Of a stretch of DNA of 64,000 bases, positions 11,837-23,398 are shown in pieces. This DNA comes from Escherichia coli. GTDB lineage: Bacteria > Pseudomonadota > Gammaproteobacteria > Enterobacterales > Enterobacteriaceae. The stretch lies in assembly GCF_013315695.1 (NCBI RefSeq), contig NZ_CP054353.1; one strand, given 5' to 3'. Each line of letters begins with the position of its first letter. Position 1 is the first letter of the stretch. The translations under genes and the position numbers were made by a program. Below the pieces are notes generated by a model, which was given only the letters and a program-made list of their open reading frames with translations, did no database searches and had not been told where the DNA came from.

Positions 11837-13522
11837 TTATCCTAATCCTGGCCATACCATGACGATGATTGTCCCTGCCAGCGTCAGCAGGACGTTGGCG
11901 ATTGCGTAAGTGCCCGCATAGCCCAGCGCCGGGATATTACTGCGAGCTGTATCACTGATGATCTCCATTGCCGGCGCGCAGGTGCGTGCGCCCATCATTG
12001 CGCCGAACAACAGTGCGCGGTTCATTCGCAATACATAAGCGCCGAACAAGAAGCAGATAACCACTGGCACCAGACTGACAATCAATCCGGCAATCAACAT
12101 TTGACCGCCAATCGCGCCCAGGCCGTTATTAATACCGCTACCGGCGCTCAGACCAACGCCTGCCATAAACACCATCAAGCCGAACTCTTTCACCATGCTT
12201 AATGCACCTTGCGGAATGTAACCGAAGGTCGGGTGGTTAGCACGCATAAAGCCCAGCATAATTCCGGCGAATAACAACCCGGCAGCGTTCCCCATGCCGA
12301 AACTGAATGTGCTGAACTGGAAGGTGATCATCCCGATCATCAGCCCAATAACAAAGAAGGCGCAGAATGCCAGCAAGTCAGTGACCTGGCTGTGAATCGA
12401 GATAAAGCCGATGCGATCGGCGATGGTTTTTACGCGACGGGCATCGCCGCTGACTTGTAAAACGTCACCTTTGTTAAGCACGACGTTGTCATCAATCGGC
12501 ATCTCAATCTGGCTACGAATGACGCGGTTAAGGAAGCAACCGTGATCGGTCAACTTCAGTTGTGCGAGACGTTTGCCTACAGCGTTATGGTTTTTAACGA
12601 CCACTTCTTCAGTGACGATACGCATGTCGAGAAGGTCACGATCGAAAACTTCTTTGCCATTACGGAAACTGGGATCGAGTCGGGCGTGGGCGTCGGGATA
12701 GCCTACCAACGCTATTTCATCGCCCATTTGTAGTACGGCATCACCGTCTGGATTTGCCAGAATCCCGTTACGCCGAATACGTTCAATGTAACAGCCAGTT
12801 TGTCGATAAATACCCAGTTCACGCAGATTTTTGCCGTCGGTCCAGGCTACCAGCTCCGGGCCGACGCGGTAGGCGCGGATCACCGGCAAATAAACCTTAC
12901 GGTTGGCATCTGTGTCCAGGCCACGTTCGCGGGCGATTTGCTGGGCGCTGGTCTGTAAGTCCTGATGCTGCAATTTCGGCAAGTAACGCGCACCAACAAT
13001 CAAACTCACCAGACCGATTAAATAGGTTAAGGCATATCCGAGGCTCAGATTATCCAGCGCCAGTGAGAGCTGCCTGCTTTCCATACCGGAATGACGCAGT
13101 GTATCGCCAGCACCGACCAAAACCGGTGTTGACGTCATAGAGCCTGCTAACATACCGGCCGTCAGGCCAATATCCCAGCCAAACAGCTTACCTAACCCTA
13201 AGGCGATGACCAGCGCACTGCCAACCATCACCAGTGCTAACATTAGGTAATTTTTCCCATCGCGAAAAAAAATGGAAAAAAAGTTCGGTCCGGCTTCGAC
13301 CCCGACGCAGAAAATAAACAGCATAAAGCCAAGATTAAGCGCGTCGGTGTTAATGCTGAAATGTTGTTGGCCTAATAACAGCGATACGACTAAAACGCCA
13401 ATGGAATTACCCAGTTGGATCGAACCAAGTCGTAATTTCCCGAGACATAGCCCAAGCGCGAGGACCACAAATAATAACAGAATGTAATTCCCATTTAACA
13501 ATTCGGCGACGTTTATATTCAC
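11837..13522 (-). CDS. ybjL: Putative transporter YbjL (AAE family, two TrkA-C domains)
   Basis: 561-aa ORF with hydrophobic N- and C-terminal halves flanking a soluble central region; synteny. Confidence 0.9.
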
Positions 13523-13791
13523 GGAGGCTAACTTCTTGTTTACTAGTAAGCTGTTGAAAGAAATGGTAATTTACGATAATGTTTTTTACCAGAATTCAGG
13601 GCGCAGATTCATTCAGCGCACCTAAACGATAGTAAAGTAACAATATATTTTACTAGTGTAATCACATTAGGTATCAACGGCTATATGAATTGCGTTGGCC
13701 TATATTAGCATGGAATGCGAAGCGGCTTTATCTTACTGAACGCCACACTGGCGAAAAATGTGTTCGATAGACGCAGTGTCAGGAGGAACGA

Positions 13792-14169
13792 GTGAAACAT
13801 AAACAACGTTGGGCGGGGGCAATCTGCTGTTTTGTCCTCTTCATTGTGGTGTGCCTTTTTCTGGCGACGCACATGAAAGGCGCTTTTCGGGCTGCCGGGC
13901 ATCCTGAAATCGGCTTGCTGTTTTTCATTCTTCCTGGAGCAGTTGCCAGCTTCTTTTCACAGCGTAGAGAAGTCCTGAAACCTCTGTTTGGCGCAATGCT
14001 GGCGGCACCCTGTTCAATGCTTATTATGCGGCTGTTTTTTTCACCGACGCGCTCATTCTGGCAAGAGCTGGCATGGTTATTAAGTGCGGTGTTCTGGTGT
14101 GCGCTGGGGGCACTGTGTTTCTTATTTATCAGTAGTTTGTTTAAACCACAGCACAGAAAAAATCAATAA
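13792..14169 (+). CDS. ybjM: Inner membrane protein YbjM
   Basis: 125-aa hydrophobic ORF; synteny. Confidence 0.82.
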   Translation: MKHKQRWAGAICCFVLFIVVCLFLATHMKGAFRAAGHPEIGLLFFILPGAVASFFSQRREVLKPLFGAMLAAPCSMLIMRLFFSPTRSFWQELAWLLSAVFWCALGALCFLFISSLFKPQHRKNQ

Positions 14170-14198
14170 AGCCCTCAACGCGAGGGCTTGTCAGACGA

Positions 14199-14456
14199 TC
14201 AGGCGTCCAGATTCTCTTTCACCCATGCAGCAAAATCGGTATAGCCGCCGATATGTTGCTGATCGACAAAAATCTGCGGCACGGTTTCTACGGGTTTACC
14301 TGCCTTTTGTTGTAGATCTTCTTTAGTGATCCCTTCCGCACGAATATCAACATACTGATACTGAAAATCATCGCGTTCATTGCTCAATTTCTCAGCCAGA
14401 TCTTTTGCACGCACACAGTAAGGGCAACCCGGACGACCAAAAATAACGGTTTGCAT
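14199..14456 (-). CDS. grxA: Glutaredoxin 1
   Basis: 85-aa product (MQTVIFGRPGCPYCVRAKDL...) with CPYC active site. Confidence 0.93.
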   Translation of the reverse strand: MQTVIFGRPGCPYCVRAKDLAEKLSNERDDFQYQYVDIRAEGITKEDLQQKAGKPVETVPQIFVDQQHIGGYTDFAAWVKENLDA

Positions 14457-14615
14457 TATTTCTCTCCTCATAGATTTATGCCTGTAATGATCACGCTAAA
14501 ATGTATTCGCTGAAAGTAGGTTTAACCTGTTGCATTAATTGCTAAAAGCTATAACTGTTAAACACAATACAGTGAAAAGTTTTAGACTGAAGGCTCACTT
14601 TGCAGAGGGAAGCGT

Positions 14616-14903
14616 ATGCGCGCGATCGGTAAATTGCCTAAAAGCGTGTTGATACTGGAATTTATCGGAATGATGGTGCTGGCGGTGGCGCTGCTGTCGG
14701 TAAGCGGCTCCCTGTCGCTGCCTGAGCCATTTTCTCGGCCAGAAGTGCAGATTCTGATGATTTTTCTCGGTGTTTTGCTCATGCTTCCCGCTGCGGTGGT
14801 GGTTATTCTTCAGGTGGCAAAACGTCTTGCCCCACAGCTGATGAACCGTCCACCGCAATATTCACGTTCAGAAAGAGAAAAAGATAATGACGCCAACCAT
14901 TGA
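14616..14903 (+). CDS. ybjC: Small membrane protein YbjC
   Basis: 95-aa ORF immediately upstream of and overlapping nfsA, as in K-12. Confidence 0.82.
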   Translation: MRAIGKLPKSVLILEFIGMMVLAVALLSVSGSLSLPEPFSRPEVQILMIFLGVLLMLPAAVVVILQVAKRLAPQLMNRPPQYSRSEREKDNDANH

Positions 14904-15609
14904 ACTTATTTGTGGCCATCGCTCCATTCGCCATTTCACTGATGAACCCATTTCCGAAGCGCAGCGTGAGGCGATTATTAACAGCGCCCGTGCGACGTCC
15001 AGTTCCAGTTTTTTGCAGTGCAGTAGCATTATTCGCATTACCGACAAAGCGTTACGTGATGAACTGGTGACGCTGACCGGCGGGCAAAAACACGTAGCGC
15101 AAGCGGCGGAGTTCTGGGTGTTCTGTGCCGACTTTAACCGCCATTTACAGATCTGTCCGGATGCTCAGCTCGGCCTGGCGGAACAACTGTTGCTCGGTGT
15201 CGTTGATACGGCAATGATGGCGCAGAATGCGTTAACCGCAGCGGAATCGCTGGGATTGGGCGGGGTATATATCGGCGGCCTGCGCAATAATATTGAAGCG
15301 GTGACGAAACTGCTGAAATTACCGCAGCATGTTCTGCCGCTGTTTGGGCTGTGCCTTGGCTGGCCTGCGGATAATCCGGATCTCAAGCCGCGTTTACCGG
15401 CCTCCATTTTGGTGCATGAAAACAGCTATCAACCGCTGGATAAAGACGCACTGGCGCAGTATGACGAACAATTAGCGGAATATTACCTCACCCGTGGCAG
15501 CAATAATCGCCGGGATACCTGGAGCGATCATATCCGCCGAACAATCATTAAAGAAAGCCGCCCATTTATTCTGGATTATTTGCACAAACAGGGTTGGGCG
15601 ACGCGCTAA
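14887..15609 (+). CDS. nfsA: Oxygen-insensitive NADPH nitroreductase NfsA
   Basis: 240-aa ORF starting MTPTIELICGHRSIRHFTDEPI; nitroreductase family. Confidence 0.93.
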   Translation: MTPTIELICGHRSIRHFTDEPISEAQREAIINSARATSSSSFLQCSSIIRITDKALRDELVTLTGGQKHVAQAAEFWVFCADFNRHLQICPDAQLGLAEQLLLGVVDTAMMAQNALTAAESLGLGGVYIGGLRNNIEAVTKLLKLPQHVLPLFGLCLGWPADNPDLKPRLPASILVHENSYQPLDKDALAQYDEQLAEYYLTRGSNNRRDTWSDHIRRTIIKESRPFILDYLHKQGWATR

Positions 15610-15669
15610 AACCGCCACGTCGATGTATGATACGCGGGCTTTTGACCAGGTCTGACAGAGAGGTGCAGG

Positions 15670-16572
15670 GTGAAAATTGCCATATTGTCCCGGGATGGAA
15701 CGCTCTATTCGTGTAAGCGGCTGCGTGAAGCCGCTATACAGCGCGGTCACCTGGTTGAAATTCTTGATCCGCTTTCTTGCTACATGAACATAAATCCTGC
15801 GGCGTCTTCTATTCACTACAAAGGCCGCAAGTTACCCCATTTTGATGCTGTGATCCCGCGTATTGGTACCGCCATTACCTTTTATGGGACGGCGGCACTG
15901 CGCCAGTTCGAGATGCTGGGGAGCTATCCGCTCAATGAGTCGGTCGCCATTGCCCGGGCGCGTGACAAATTGCGTTCGATGCAACTGCTGGCGCGTCAGG
16001 GCATCGACCTGCCTGTCACGGGCATTGCGCATTCGCCGGATGATACCAGCGATTTAATCGACATGGTCGGTGGTGCGCCGCTGGTGGTCAAGTTGGTTGA
16101 AGGCACGCAGGGAATTGGCGTCGTGCTGGCGGAGACGCGTCAGGCGGCGGAAAGCGTGATTGACGCTTTCCGCGGTCTGAACGCGCATATTCTGGTGCAG
16201 GAATATATCAAAGAGGCGCAAGGGTGCGATATCCGCTGTCTGGTTGTTGGCGATGAAGTGGTCGCTGCGATTGAACGGCGGGCGAAAGAGGGCGATTTTC
16301 GTTCCAATTTGCATCGTGGCGGCGTGGCAAGCGTCGCCAGAATCACACCACAGGAGCGTGAAATCGCGATAAAAGCCGCGCGAACGATGGCGCTGGACGT
16401 TGCTGGTGTGGATATTCTGCGTGCTAATCGCGGGCCGTTGGTGATGGAAGTGAATGCGTCGCCAGGGCTGGAAGGAATAGAAAAAACCACCGGTATCGAC
16501 ATCGCGGGTAAAATGATCCGCTGGATCGAACGCCACGCTACGACAGAATATTGCCTGAAAACGGGTGGCTAG
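15670..16572 (+). CDS. rimK: Ribosomal protein S6 glutamate ligase RimK (ATP-grasp)
   Basis: 300-aa ORF starting [22 protein letters not shown]; ATP-grasp fold. Confidence 0.93.
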
Positions 16573-16659
16573 TCGCAATCACATTACTGATCATGGTTTT
16601 GCCTGCGCTTTTTGCGTAAGCTGTGCCGGTCTTTTTATCGAAAGAGGTTGTACAAAATT

Positions 16660-17136
16660 ATGACATCGCTGGTCGTTCCTGGTCTGGATACGCTGCGTCA
16701 ATGGCTCGATGACCTGGGGATGAGTTTTTTTGAATGTGATAACTGTCAGGCTCTGCATCTGCCCCATATGCAGAATTTCGACGGTGTCTTTGATGCCAAA
16801 ATCGATCTGATCGATAACACGATCCTGTTTTCTGCCATGGCGGAAGTTCGACCTTCAGCCGTGTTACCGCTGGCGGCGGATTTATCTGCCATCAATGCCA
16901 GTTCGCTGACCGTGAAAGCATTTCTTGATATGCAGGATGATAATCTGCCAAAGCTGGTGGTTTGCCAGTCTTTATCCGTTATGCAGGGCGTAACCTATGA
17001 GCAGTTTGCATGGTTCGTGCGTCAGAGCGAAGAGCAGATTTCGATGGTCATTCTTGAAGCTAATGCCCATCAACTGCTGTTACCGACTGACGATGAAGGG
17101 CAAAACAACGTTACCGAAAACTATTTCCTCCACTGA
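16660..17136 (+). CDS. ybjN: YbjN (putative sensory transduction regulator family)
   Basis: 158-aa product from internal ATG (MTSLVVPGLDTLRQW...); synteny with rimK and potF. Confidence 0.88.
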   Translation: MTSLVVPGLDTLRQWLDDLGMSFFECDNCQALHLPHMQNFDGVFDAKIDLIDNTILFSAMAEVRPSAVLPLAADLSAINASSLTVKAFLDMQDDNLPKLVVCQSLSVMQGVTYEQFAWFVRQSEEQISMVILEANAHQLLLPTDDEGQNNVTENYFLH

Positions 17137-17486
17137 TAACTCCTTTCGAGCACGCAGTCGCTGCCGCAGTGACTGCGTGCTGCAAAATTATCTGCTGTTT
17201 TTAACCTTTTCTTAAAGATTGTTTCACTTCTCTTGTGTCGATTTGGCTTTATCACATAGAGCAAATACGCATAAAAATTTGTTAAATACCGTTTTTTAAT
17301 CCGAGCTATAGTCTCAAACCCTGGCTAAAGTTATTCTTGCGATGCTTTTATATAGCGAGCAGTGCTGGCCGGGAGAGAGTTCTCTTTTCTTACACCGCGC
17401 CGATAAAAAATATGCACGTTTATTGCATATCTTTCAGTGTGACAACTTTTGTTCGTTTGTTAACGAACTTTCAGAAGGAAAGAGAT

Positions 17487-18599
17487 ATGACCGCCTTAAA
17501 TAAAAAATGGCTATCGGGTCTGGTTGCGGGTGCTCTGATGGCCGTCTCTGTCGGCACGCTCGCGGCTGAACAAAAAACACTCCACATTTATAACTGGTCT
17601 GATTATATCGCCCCGGACACGGTGGCCAATTTTGAAAAAGAAACCGGTATTAAAGTCGTCTACGATGTTTTCGACTCTAACGAAGTACTGGAAGGCAAAT
17701 TAATGGCGGGTAGCACCGGCTTTGACCTGGTGGTGCCGTCAGCAAGCTTTCTTGAACGCCAGTTGACTGCGGGAGTTTTCCAGCCGCTGGACAAAAGCAA
17801 ATTGCCGGAGTGGAAGAATCTCGACCCGGAGCTGCTGAAGCTGGTCGCCAAACACGATCCCGACAATAAATTTGCTATGCCCTATATGTGGGCGACGACC
17901 GGGATTGGCTATAACGTCGATAAAGTCAAAGCGGTGCTGGGCGAAAACGCGCCCGTCGATAGCTGGGACTTGATCCTCAAACCTGAAAATCTGGAAAAAC
18001 TGAAAAGCTGCGGTGTCTCTTTCCTCGATGCACCGGAAGAAGTGTTTGCTACCGTGCTGAATTATCTCGGCAAAGATCCCAACAGCACTAAAGCAGATGA
18101 TTACACCGGACCGGCAACCGATCTGCTGTTAAAGCTGCGCCCGAACATTCGTTATTTCCATTCATCTCAATACATTAACGACCTGGCAAACGGCGATATC
18201 TGCGTCGCTATTGGCTGGGCGGGCGATGTCTGGCAGGCGTCAAACCGCGCGAAGGAAGCGAAGAATGGCGTTAATGTCTCGTTCTCGATTCCGAAAGAAG
18301 GGGCGATGGCGTTCTTTGATGTCTTCGCCATGCCTGCGGATGCCAAAAATAAAGACGAAGCCTATCAGTTCCTGAATTACCTGCTGCGCCCGGATGTGGT
18401 GGCGCATATTTCCGACCATGTGTTCTATGCCAACGCGAACAAAGAAGCTACGCCGCTGGTAAGCGCGGAAGTGCGTGATAATCCAGGGATTTATCCTCCG
18501 GCGGACGTTCGTGCGAAGTTGTTCACTCTGAAAGTGCAGGATCCAAAAATAGACCGTGTGCGCACCCGCGCGTGGACCAAAGTGAAGAGCGGAAAATAA
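17487..18599 (+). CDS. potF: Putrescine ABC transporter periplasmic binding protein PotF
   Basis: 370-aa product from ATG at 17487 (MTALNKKWLSGLVAGALMAVS...), preceded by an SD-like gaaggaaag; the 5' extension in the ORF track is likely untranslated. Confidence 0.92.
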   Translation: MTALNKKWLSGLVAGALMAVSVGTLAAEQKTLHIYNWSDYIAPDTVANFEKETGIKVVYDVFDSNEVLEGKLMAGSTGFDLVVPSASFLERQLTAGVFQPLDKSKLPEWKNLDPELLKLVAKHDPDNKFAMPYMWATTGIGYNVDKVKAVLGENAPVDSWDLILKPENLEKLKSCGVSFLDAPEEVFATVLNYLGKDPNSTKADDYTGPATDLLLKLRPNIRYFHSSQYINDLANGDICVAIGWAGDVWQASNRAKEAKNGVNVSFSIPKEGAMAFFDVFAMPADAKNKDEAYQFLNYLLRPDVVAHISDHVFYANANKEATPLVSAEVRDNPGIYPPADVRAKLFTLKVQDPKIDRVRTRAWTKVKSGK

Positions 18600-18693
18600 T
18601 CCGCAGTCGTAGATGCCGGACGGGCGCACCACACCCGCCGGCAATTCGCACCATTATGGTGCGCTTGCACACATTCAATGCCGGAGAGCAGCC

Positions 18694-19827
18694 GTGAATG
18701 ACGCTATCCCTCGCCCGCAGGCGAAAACCCGTAAGGCGCTGACGCCGCTATTAGAAATCCGCAACCTGACCAAATCCTACGATGGTCAACATGCGGTGGA
18801 TGATGTCAGTCTGACCATCTATAAAGGCGAAATATTCGCGCTGCTGGGCGCATCCGGCTGTGGCAAGTCCACGCTGCTGCGTATGCTGGCAGGTTTTGAA
18901 CAACCTTCTGCCGGGCAGATAATGCTCGATGGCGTCGATTTGTCACAGGTGCCGCCTTACCTGCGCCCCATCAATATGATGTTTCAGTCTTATGCGCTGT
19001 TTCCGCATATGACCGTGGAACAGAACATCGCTTTTGGCCTGAAACAGGACAAACTACCGAAAGCGGAAATTGCCAGCCGGGTCAATGAGATGCTTGGGCT
19101 GGTGCATATGCAGGAGTTCGCCAAACGCAAACCGCATCAGCTTTCCGGTGGTCAGCGACAGCGTGTGGCACTGGCCCGAAGCCTTGCCAAGCGCCCGAAA
19201 CTATTACTGCTCGATGAGCCTATGGGCGCGCTGGATAAAAAGCTGCGTGACAGGATGCAGCTTGAAGTGGTGGATATTCTGGAGCGTGTCGGTGTGACTT
19301 GTGTGATGGTCACCCACGATCAGGAAGAGGCGATGACCATGGCGGGGCGCATCGCCATTATGAATCGTGGGAAATTTGTCCAGATTGGCGAACCGGAAGA
19401 GATCTATGAGCATCCGACCACCCGCTATAGCGCTGAATTTATCGGTTCGGTTAATGTCTTTGAAGGTGTACTCAAAGAGCGTCAGGAAGATGGTCTGGTG
19501 CTTTATTCGCCGGGACTGGTGCACCCACTGAAAGTCGATGCAGATGCTTCAGTGGTTGATAACGTGCCGGTACACGTAGCGCTACGTCCGGAAAAAATCA
19601 TGCTTTGCGAAGAGCCACCCGCCAATGGTTGTAACTTCGCGGTGGGGGAGGTGATACACATTGCCTATCTCGGCGATCTTTCGGTGTATCACGTTCGTCT
19701 GAAAAGTGGGCAAATGATTAGCGCCCAGCTACAAAACGCCCATCGTCATCGTAAAGGGTTACCGACCTGGGGCGACGAAGTGCGTTTGTGCTGGGAAGTG
19801 GACAGCTGTGTGGTGCTGACGGTTTAA
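18694..19827 (+). CDS. potG: Putrescine ABC transporter ATPase PotG
   Basis: 377-aa product from GTG at 18694 (V/MNDAIPRPQAKTRK...); Walker A GASGCGKST and ABC signature LSGGQRQR. Confidence 0.9.
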   Translation: MNDAIPRPQAKTRKALTPLLEIRNLTKSYDGQHAVDDVSLTIYKGEIFALLGASGCGKSTLLRMLAGFEQPSAGQIMLDGVDLSQVPPYLRPINMMFQSYALFPHMTVEQNIAFGLKQDKLPKAEIASRVNEMLGLVHMQEFAKRKPHQLSGGQRQRVALARSLAKRPKLLLLDEPMGALDKKLRDRMQLEVVDILERVGVTCVMVTHDQEEAMTMAGRIAIMNRGKFVQIGEPEEIYEHPTTRYSAEFIGSVNVFEGVLKERQEDGLVLYSPGLVHPLKVDADASVVDNVPVHVALRPEKIMLCEEPPANGCNFAVGEVIHIAYLGDLSVYHVRLKSGQMISAQLQNAHRHRKGLPTWGDEVRLCWEVDSCVVLTV

Positions 19828-19836
19828 GGAGCAAAG

Positions 19837-20790
19837 ATGAGTACACTTGAACCTGCTGCCCAGTCGAAACCGCCGGGCGGATTTAAGCTGTGGTTGTCGC
19901 AGCTGCAAATGAAGCATGGGCGCAAACTGGTGATTGCGCTGCCGTATATCTGGCTAATCCTGCTGTTTCTGCTGCCATTTCTGATTGTCTTTAAAATAAG
20001 CCTGGCGGAGATGGCGCGCGCTATTCCACCTTATACCGAACTGATGGAGTGGGCTGACGGGCAACTTTCCATCACTCTTAATCTCGGTAATTTTCTGCAA
20101 CTGACTGACGATCCGCTCTATTTCGATGCTTATCTCCAGTCGTTACAGGTGGCGGCGATTTCGACTATTTGCTGTTTACTGATCGGCTATCCGCTGGCGT
20201 GGGCGGTGGCGCACAGTAAGCCTTCGACCCGTAATATCTTATTACTACTGGTGATCCTGCCGTCGTGGACCTCGTTTCTGATTCGTGTCTACGCCTGGAT
20301 GGGAATATTAAAAAACAACGGTGTGCTGAATAATTTTCTGCTGTGGCTGGGGGTTATCGATCAACCGCTGACCATTCTACATACCAATCTGGCCGTTTAT
20401 ATCGGCATTGTTTACGCCTACGTGCCGTTTATGGTACTGCCGATTTATACCGCGTTGATTCGAATTGATTATTCACTGGTGGAAGCAGCACTGGATCTCG
20501 GTGCACGACCACTGAAAACGTTCTTTACTGTGATCGTGCCGCTGACTAAAGGTGGGATTATTGCCGGATCGATGCTGGTGTTTATCCCGGCTGTGGGCGA
20601 GTTTGTGATCCCTGAACTGCTCGGTGGCCCGGACAGCATCATGATCGGGCGCGTGCTGTGGCAGGAGTTCTTTAACAACCGCGACTGGCCGGTGGCCTCA
20701 GCGGTAGCGATCATCATGTTGCTGCTGCTAATTGTGCCGATAATGTGGTTCCACAAGCATCAGCAAAAAAGCGTGGGAGAACACGGATGA
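19837..20790 (+). CDS. potH: Putrescine ABC transporter permease PotH
   Basis: 317-aa multi-TMS ORF; synteny. Confidence 0.92.
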   Translation: MSTLEPAAQSKPPGGFKLWLSQLQMKHGRKLVIALPYIWLILLFLLPFLIVFKISLAEMARAIPPYTELMEWADGQLSITLNLGNFLQLTDDPLYFDAYLQSLQVAAISTICCLLIGYPLAWAVAHSKPSTRNILLLLVILPSWTSFLIRVYAWMGILKNNGVLNNFLLWLGVIDQPLTILHTNLAVYIGIVYAYVPFMVLPIYTALIRIDYSLVEAALDLGARPLKTFFTVIVPLTKGGIIAGSMLVFIPAVGEFVIPELLGGPDSIMIGRVLWQEFFNNRDWPVASAVAIIMLLLLIVPIMWFHKHQQKSVGEHG

Positions 20791-21632
20791 ATAATTTACC
20801 GGTAGTTCGTTCGCCCTGGCGGATTGTGATTTTGCTGCTGGGCTTCACCTTTCTCTACGCGCCAATGCTGATGCTGGTGATCTATTCATTCAACAGCTCG
20901 AAGCTGGTGACGGTGTGGGCCGGCTGGTCAACGCGCTGGTATGGCGAATTATTGCGCGATGACGCGATGATGAGTGCGGTTGGTTTAAGCCTGACAATTG
21001 CGGCCTGTGCGGCGACGGCGGCGGCGATCCTCGGGACTATTGCGGCGGTGGTGCTGGTGCGCTTTGGCAGGTTTCGCGGATCAAATGGCTTTGCCTTTAT
21101 GATCACCGCGCCGCTGGTGATGCCAGATGTCATCACGGGCTTGTCGCTGTTGTTGTTATTCGTCGCGCTTGCTCATGCCATTGGCTGGCCTGCGGACCGC
21201 GGTATGCTCACCATCTGGCTGGCGCATGTCACTTTCTGTACGGCTTATGTGGCGGTCGTTATTTCTTCAAGATTGCGGGAGCTGGACCGTTCCATTGAAG
21301 AAGCCGCGATGGATCTTGGTGCGACGCCACTGAAAGTGTTTTTCGTCATTACGCTACCGATGATCATGCCCGCGATCATTTCTGGCTGGTTACTGGCTTT
21401 TACTTTGTCGCTTGATGATCTGGTGATCGCCAGCTTTGTTTCCGGGCCGGGAGCCACCACGTTACCGATGCTGGTCTTTTCTAGCGTGCGGATGGGGGTG
21501 AATCCGGAAATCAACGCCCTGGCAACATTGATCCTCGGTGCGGTCGGAATTGTCGGATTTATCGCCTGGTATCTGATGGCGCGCGCAGATAAACAGCGGA
21601 TACGCGATATCCAGCGTGCAAGACGTGGCTGA
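20787..21632 (+). CDS. potI: Putrescine ABC transporter permease PotI
   Basis: 281-aa product from internal ATG (MNNLPVVRSPWRI...) overlapping the potH stop. Confidence 0.92.
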   Translation: MNNLPVVRSPWRIVILLLGFTFLYAPMLMLVIYSFNSSKLVTVWAGWSTRWYGELLRDDAMMSAVGLSLTIAACAATAAAILGTIAAVVLVRFGRFRGSNGFAFMITAPLVMPDVITGLSLLLLFVALAHAIGWPADRGMLTIWLAHVTFCTAYVAVVISSRLRELDRSIEEAAMDLGATPLKVFFVITLPMIMPAIISGWLLAFTLSLDDLVIASFVSGPGATTLPMLVFSSVRMGVNPEINALATLILGAVGIVGFIAWYLMARADKQRIRDIQRARRG

Positions 21633-21691
21633 AGACACTAAAATTTGCCAACCTGGCTACATAATGCCGCGCATGTCGCGGCATTGTTTTC

Positions 21692-22180
21692 ATGGAAGAC
21701 GAAACGTTGGGATTTTTTAAGAAAACATCTTCATCTCATGCTCGCCTGAATGTGCCTGCGCTGGTGCAGGTAGCGGCGCTCGCCATTATTATGATCCGTG
21801 GCCTCGACGTGCTGATGATTTTCAATACGCTGGGCGTGCGCGGTATTGGCGAGTTCATTCATCGCAGCGTACAAACCTGGAGTTTAACGCTGGTCTTTTT
21901 AAGCAGTCTGGTGCTGGTTTTCATTGAGATCTGGTGTGCGTTTTCACTGGTGAAAGGGCGTCGCTGGGCGCGCTGGCTGTATCTGTTGACACAAATCACG
22001 GCCGCAAGTTACTTGTGGGCGGCTTCGCTGGGGTATGGTTATCCGGAGCTGTTCAGCATTCCCGGTGAATCAAAACGTGAAATCTTCCATAGCCTGATGC
22101 TGCAGAAGCTGCCGGATATGCTCATCCTGATGCTGCTGTTCGTTCCCTCGACCAGTCGGCGGTTCTTCCAGTTGCAATAA
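21692..22180 (+). CDS. ybjO: Inner membrane protein YbjO
   Basis: 162-aa hydrophobic ORF; synteny. Confidence 0.82.
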   Translation: MEDETLGFFKKTSSSHARLNVPALVQVAALAIIMIRGLDVLMIFNTLGVRGIGEFIHRSVQTWSLTLVFLSSLVLVFIEIWCAFSLVKGRRWARWLYLLTQITAASYLWAASLGYGYPELFSIPGESKREIFHSLMLQKLPDMLILMLLFVPSTSRRFFQLQ

Positions 22181-22220
22181 TGTGTATAATCGTCGCCCCT
22201 GATGATGTGAAGGTCAATGT

Positions 22221-23348
22221 ATGCAGTGCGCACTTTACGACGCGGGTCGCTGTCGTTCCTGTCAGTGGATAACGCAGCCGATTCCAGAGCAACTCTCCGC
22301 TAAAACCGCCGATCTTAAGAATCTGCTCGCCGACTTTCCGGTTGAGGAATGGTGCGCGCCGGTGTCAGGCCCGGAACAAGGGTTTCGTAATAAAGCCAAA
22401 ATGGTGGTGAGTGGTAGCGTTGAAAAACCACTGCTCGGTATGCTGCATCGAGACGGCACACCGGAAGACCTTTGTGACTGCCCGCTTTATCCTGCCTCAT
22501 TTGCGCCCGTTTTTGCGGCGCTAAAACCGTTTATCGCCCGAGCGGGGTTAACGCCCTACAACGTGGCGCGTAAGCGTGGCGAACTGAAATACATTCTGCT
22601 GACTGAAAGCCAGAGCGATGGCGGCATGATGCTGCGCTTTGTACTGCGTTCTGATACCAAGCTGGCGCAACTGCGTAAGGCGCTGCCGTGGTTACAGGAA
22701 CAACTACCGCAGCTGAAAGTTATTACCGTCAATATTCAGCCGGTACATATGGCGATTATGGAAGGGGAGACGGAGATCTACCTGACTGAACAACAGGCGC
22801 TGGCAGAGCGTTTTAATGACGTACCGCTGTGGATCCGTCCGCAAAGTTTCTTCCAGACTAATCCGGCGGTCGCCAGCCAGTTGTACGCCACCGCGCGCGA
22901 CTGGGTACGACAGCTGCCGGTTAAACATATGTGGGATCTGTTCTGCGGTGTGGGGGGCTTTGGTTTACACTGCGCGACGCCTGACATGCAGTTAACCGGG
23001 ATCGAAATTGCGCCAGAGGCCATTGCCTGTGCAAAGCAGTCAGCCGCTGAACTGGGCTTAACGCGTTTGCAATTTCAGGCGCTGGACTCCACTCAGTTTG
23101 CCACTGCCCAGGGGGAAGTGCCGGAGCTGGTGCTGGTTAACCCGCCGCGCCGCGGCATCGGTAAACCGCTGTGTGATTATCTCTCAACGATGGCACCGCG
23201 TTTTATTATCTACTCCAGCTGTAACGCCCAAACTATGGCGAAAGATATCCGCGAACTGCCTGGTTATCGCATCGAACGGGTACAGCTTTTTGATATGTTC
23301 CCGCACACCGCGCATTACGAAGTGCTGACACTGCTGGTTAAGCAATAA
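22221..23348 (+). CDS. rlmC: 23S rRNA (uracil747-C5)-methyltransferase RlmC (RumB)
   Basis: 375-aa ORF; N-terminal Cys cluster ([14 protein letters not shown]) and SAM-MTase fold. Confidence 0.92.
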   Translation: MQCALYDAGRCRSCQWITQPIPEQLSAKTADLKNLLADFPVEEWCAPVSGPEQGFRNKAKMVVSGSVEKPLLGMLHRDGTPEDLCDCPLYPASFAPVFAALKPFIARAGLTPYNVARKRGELKYILLTESQSDGGMMLRFVLRSDTKLAQLRKALPWLQEQLPQLKVITVNIQPVHMAIMEGETEIYLTEQQALAERFNDVPLWIRPQSFFQTNPAVASQLYATARDWVRQLPVKHMWDLFCGVGGFGLHCATPDMQLTGIEIAPEAIACAKQSAAELGLTRLQFQALDSTQFATAQGEVPELVLVNPPRRGIGKPLCDYLSTMAPRFIIYSSCNAQTMAKDIRELPGYRIERVQLFDMFPHTAHYEVLTLLVKQ

Positions 23349-23370
23349 AAAAGCCGCAGGTGCGGCTTCA
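23349..23370. terminator. Candidate bidirectional terminator hairpin between rlmC and artJ
   Basis: aaaaaagccgca-ggt-gcggctt; the minus-strand transcript ends in a T6 run. Confidence 0.45.
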
Positions 23371-23398
23371 GATTGCTGATCAGGTGCGCTTTGTTCAT

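Noticed and set aside
17337-17486. 5' extension of the potF ORF (MRCFYIASS...)
   Set aside because: The recalled PotF begins at MTALNKKWL with a signal peptide and its own SD; the upstream part is promoter/leader sequence.
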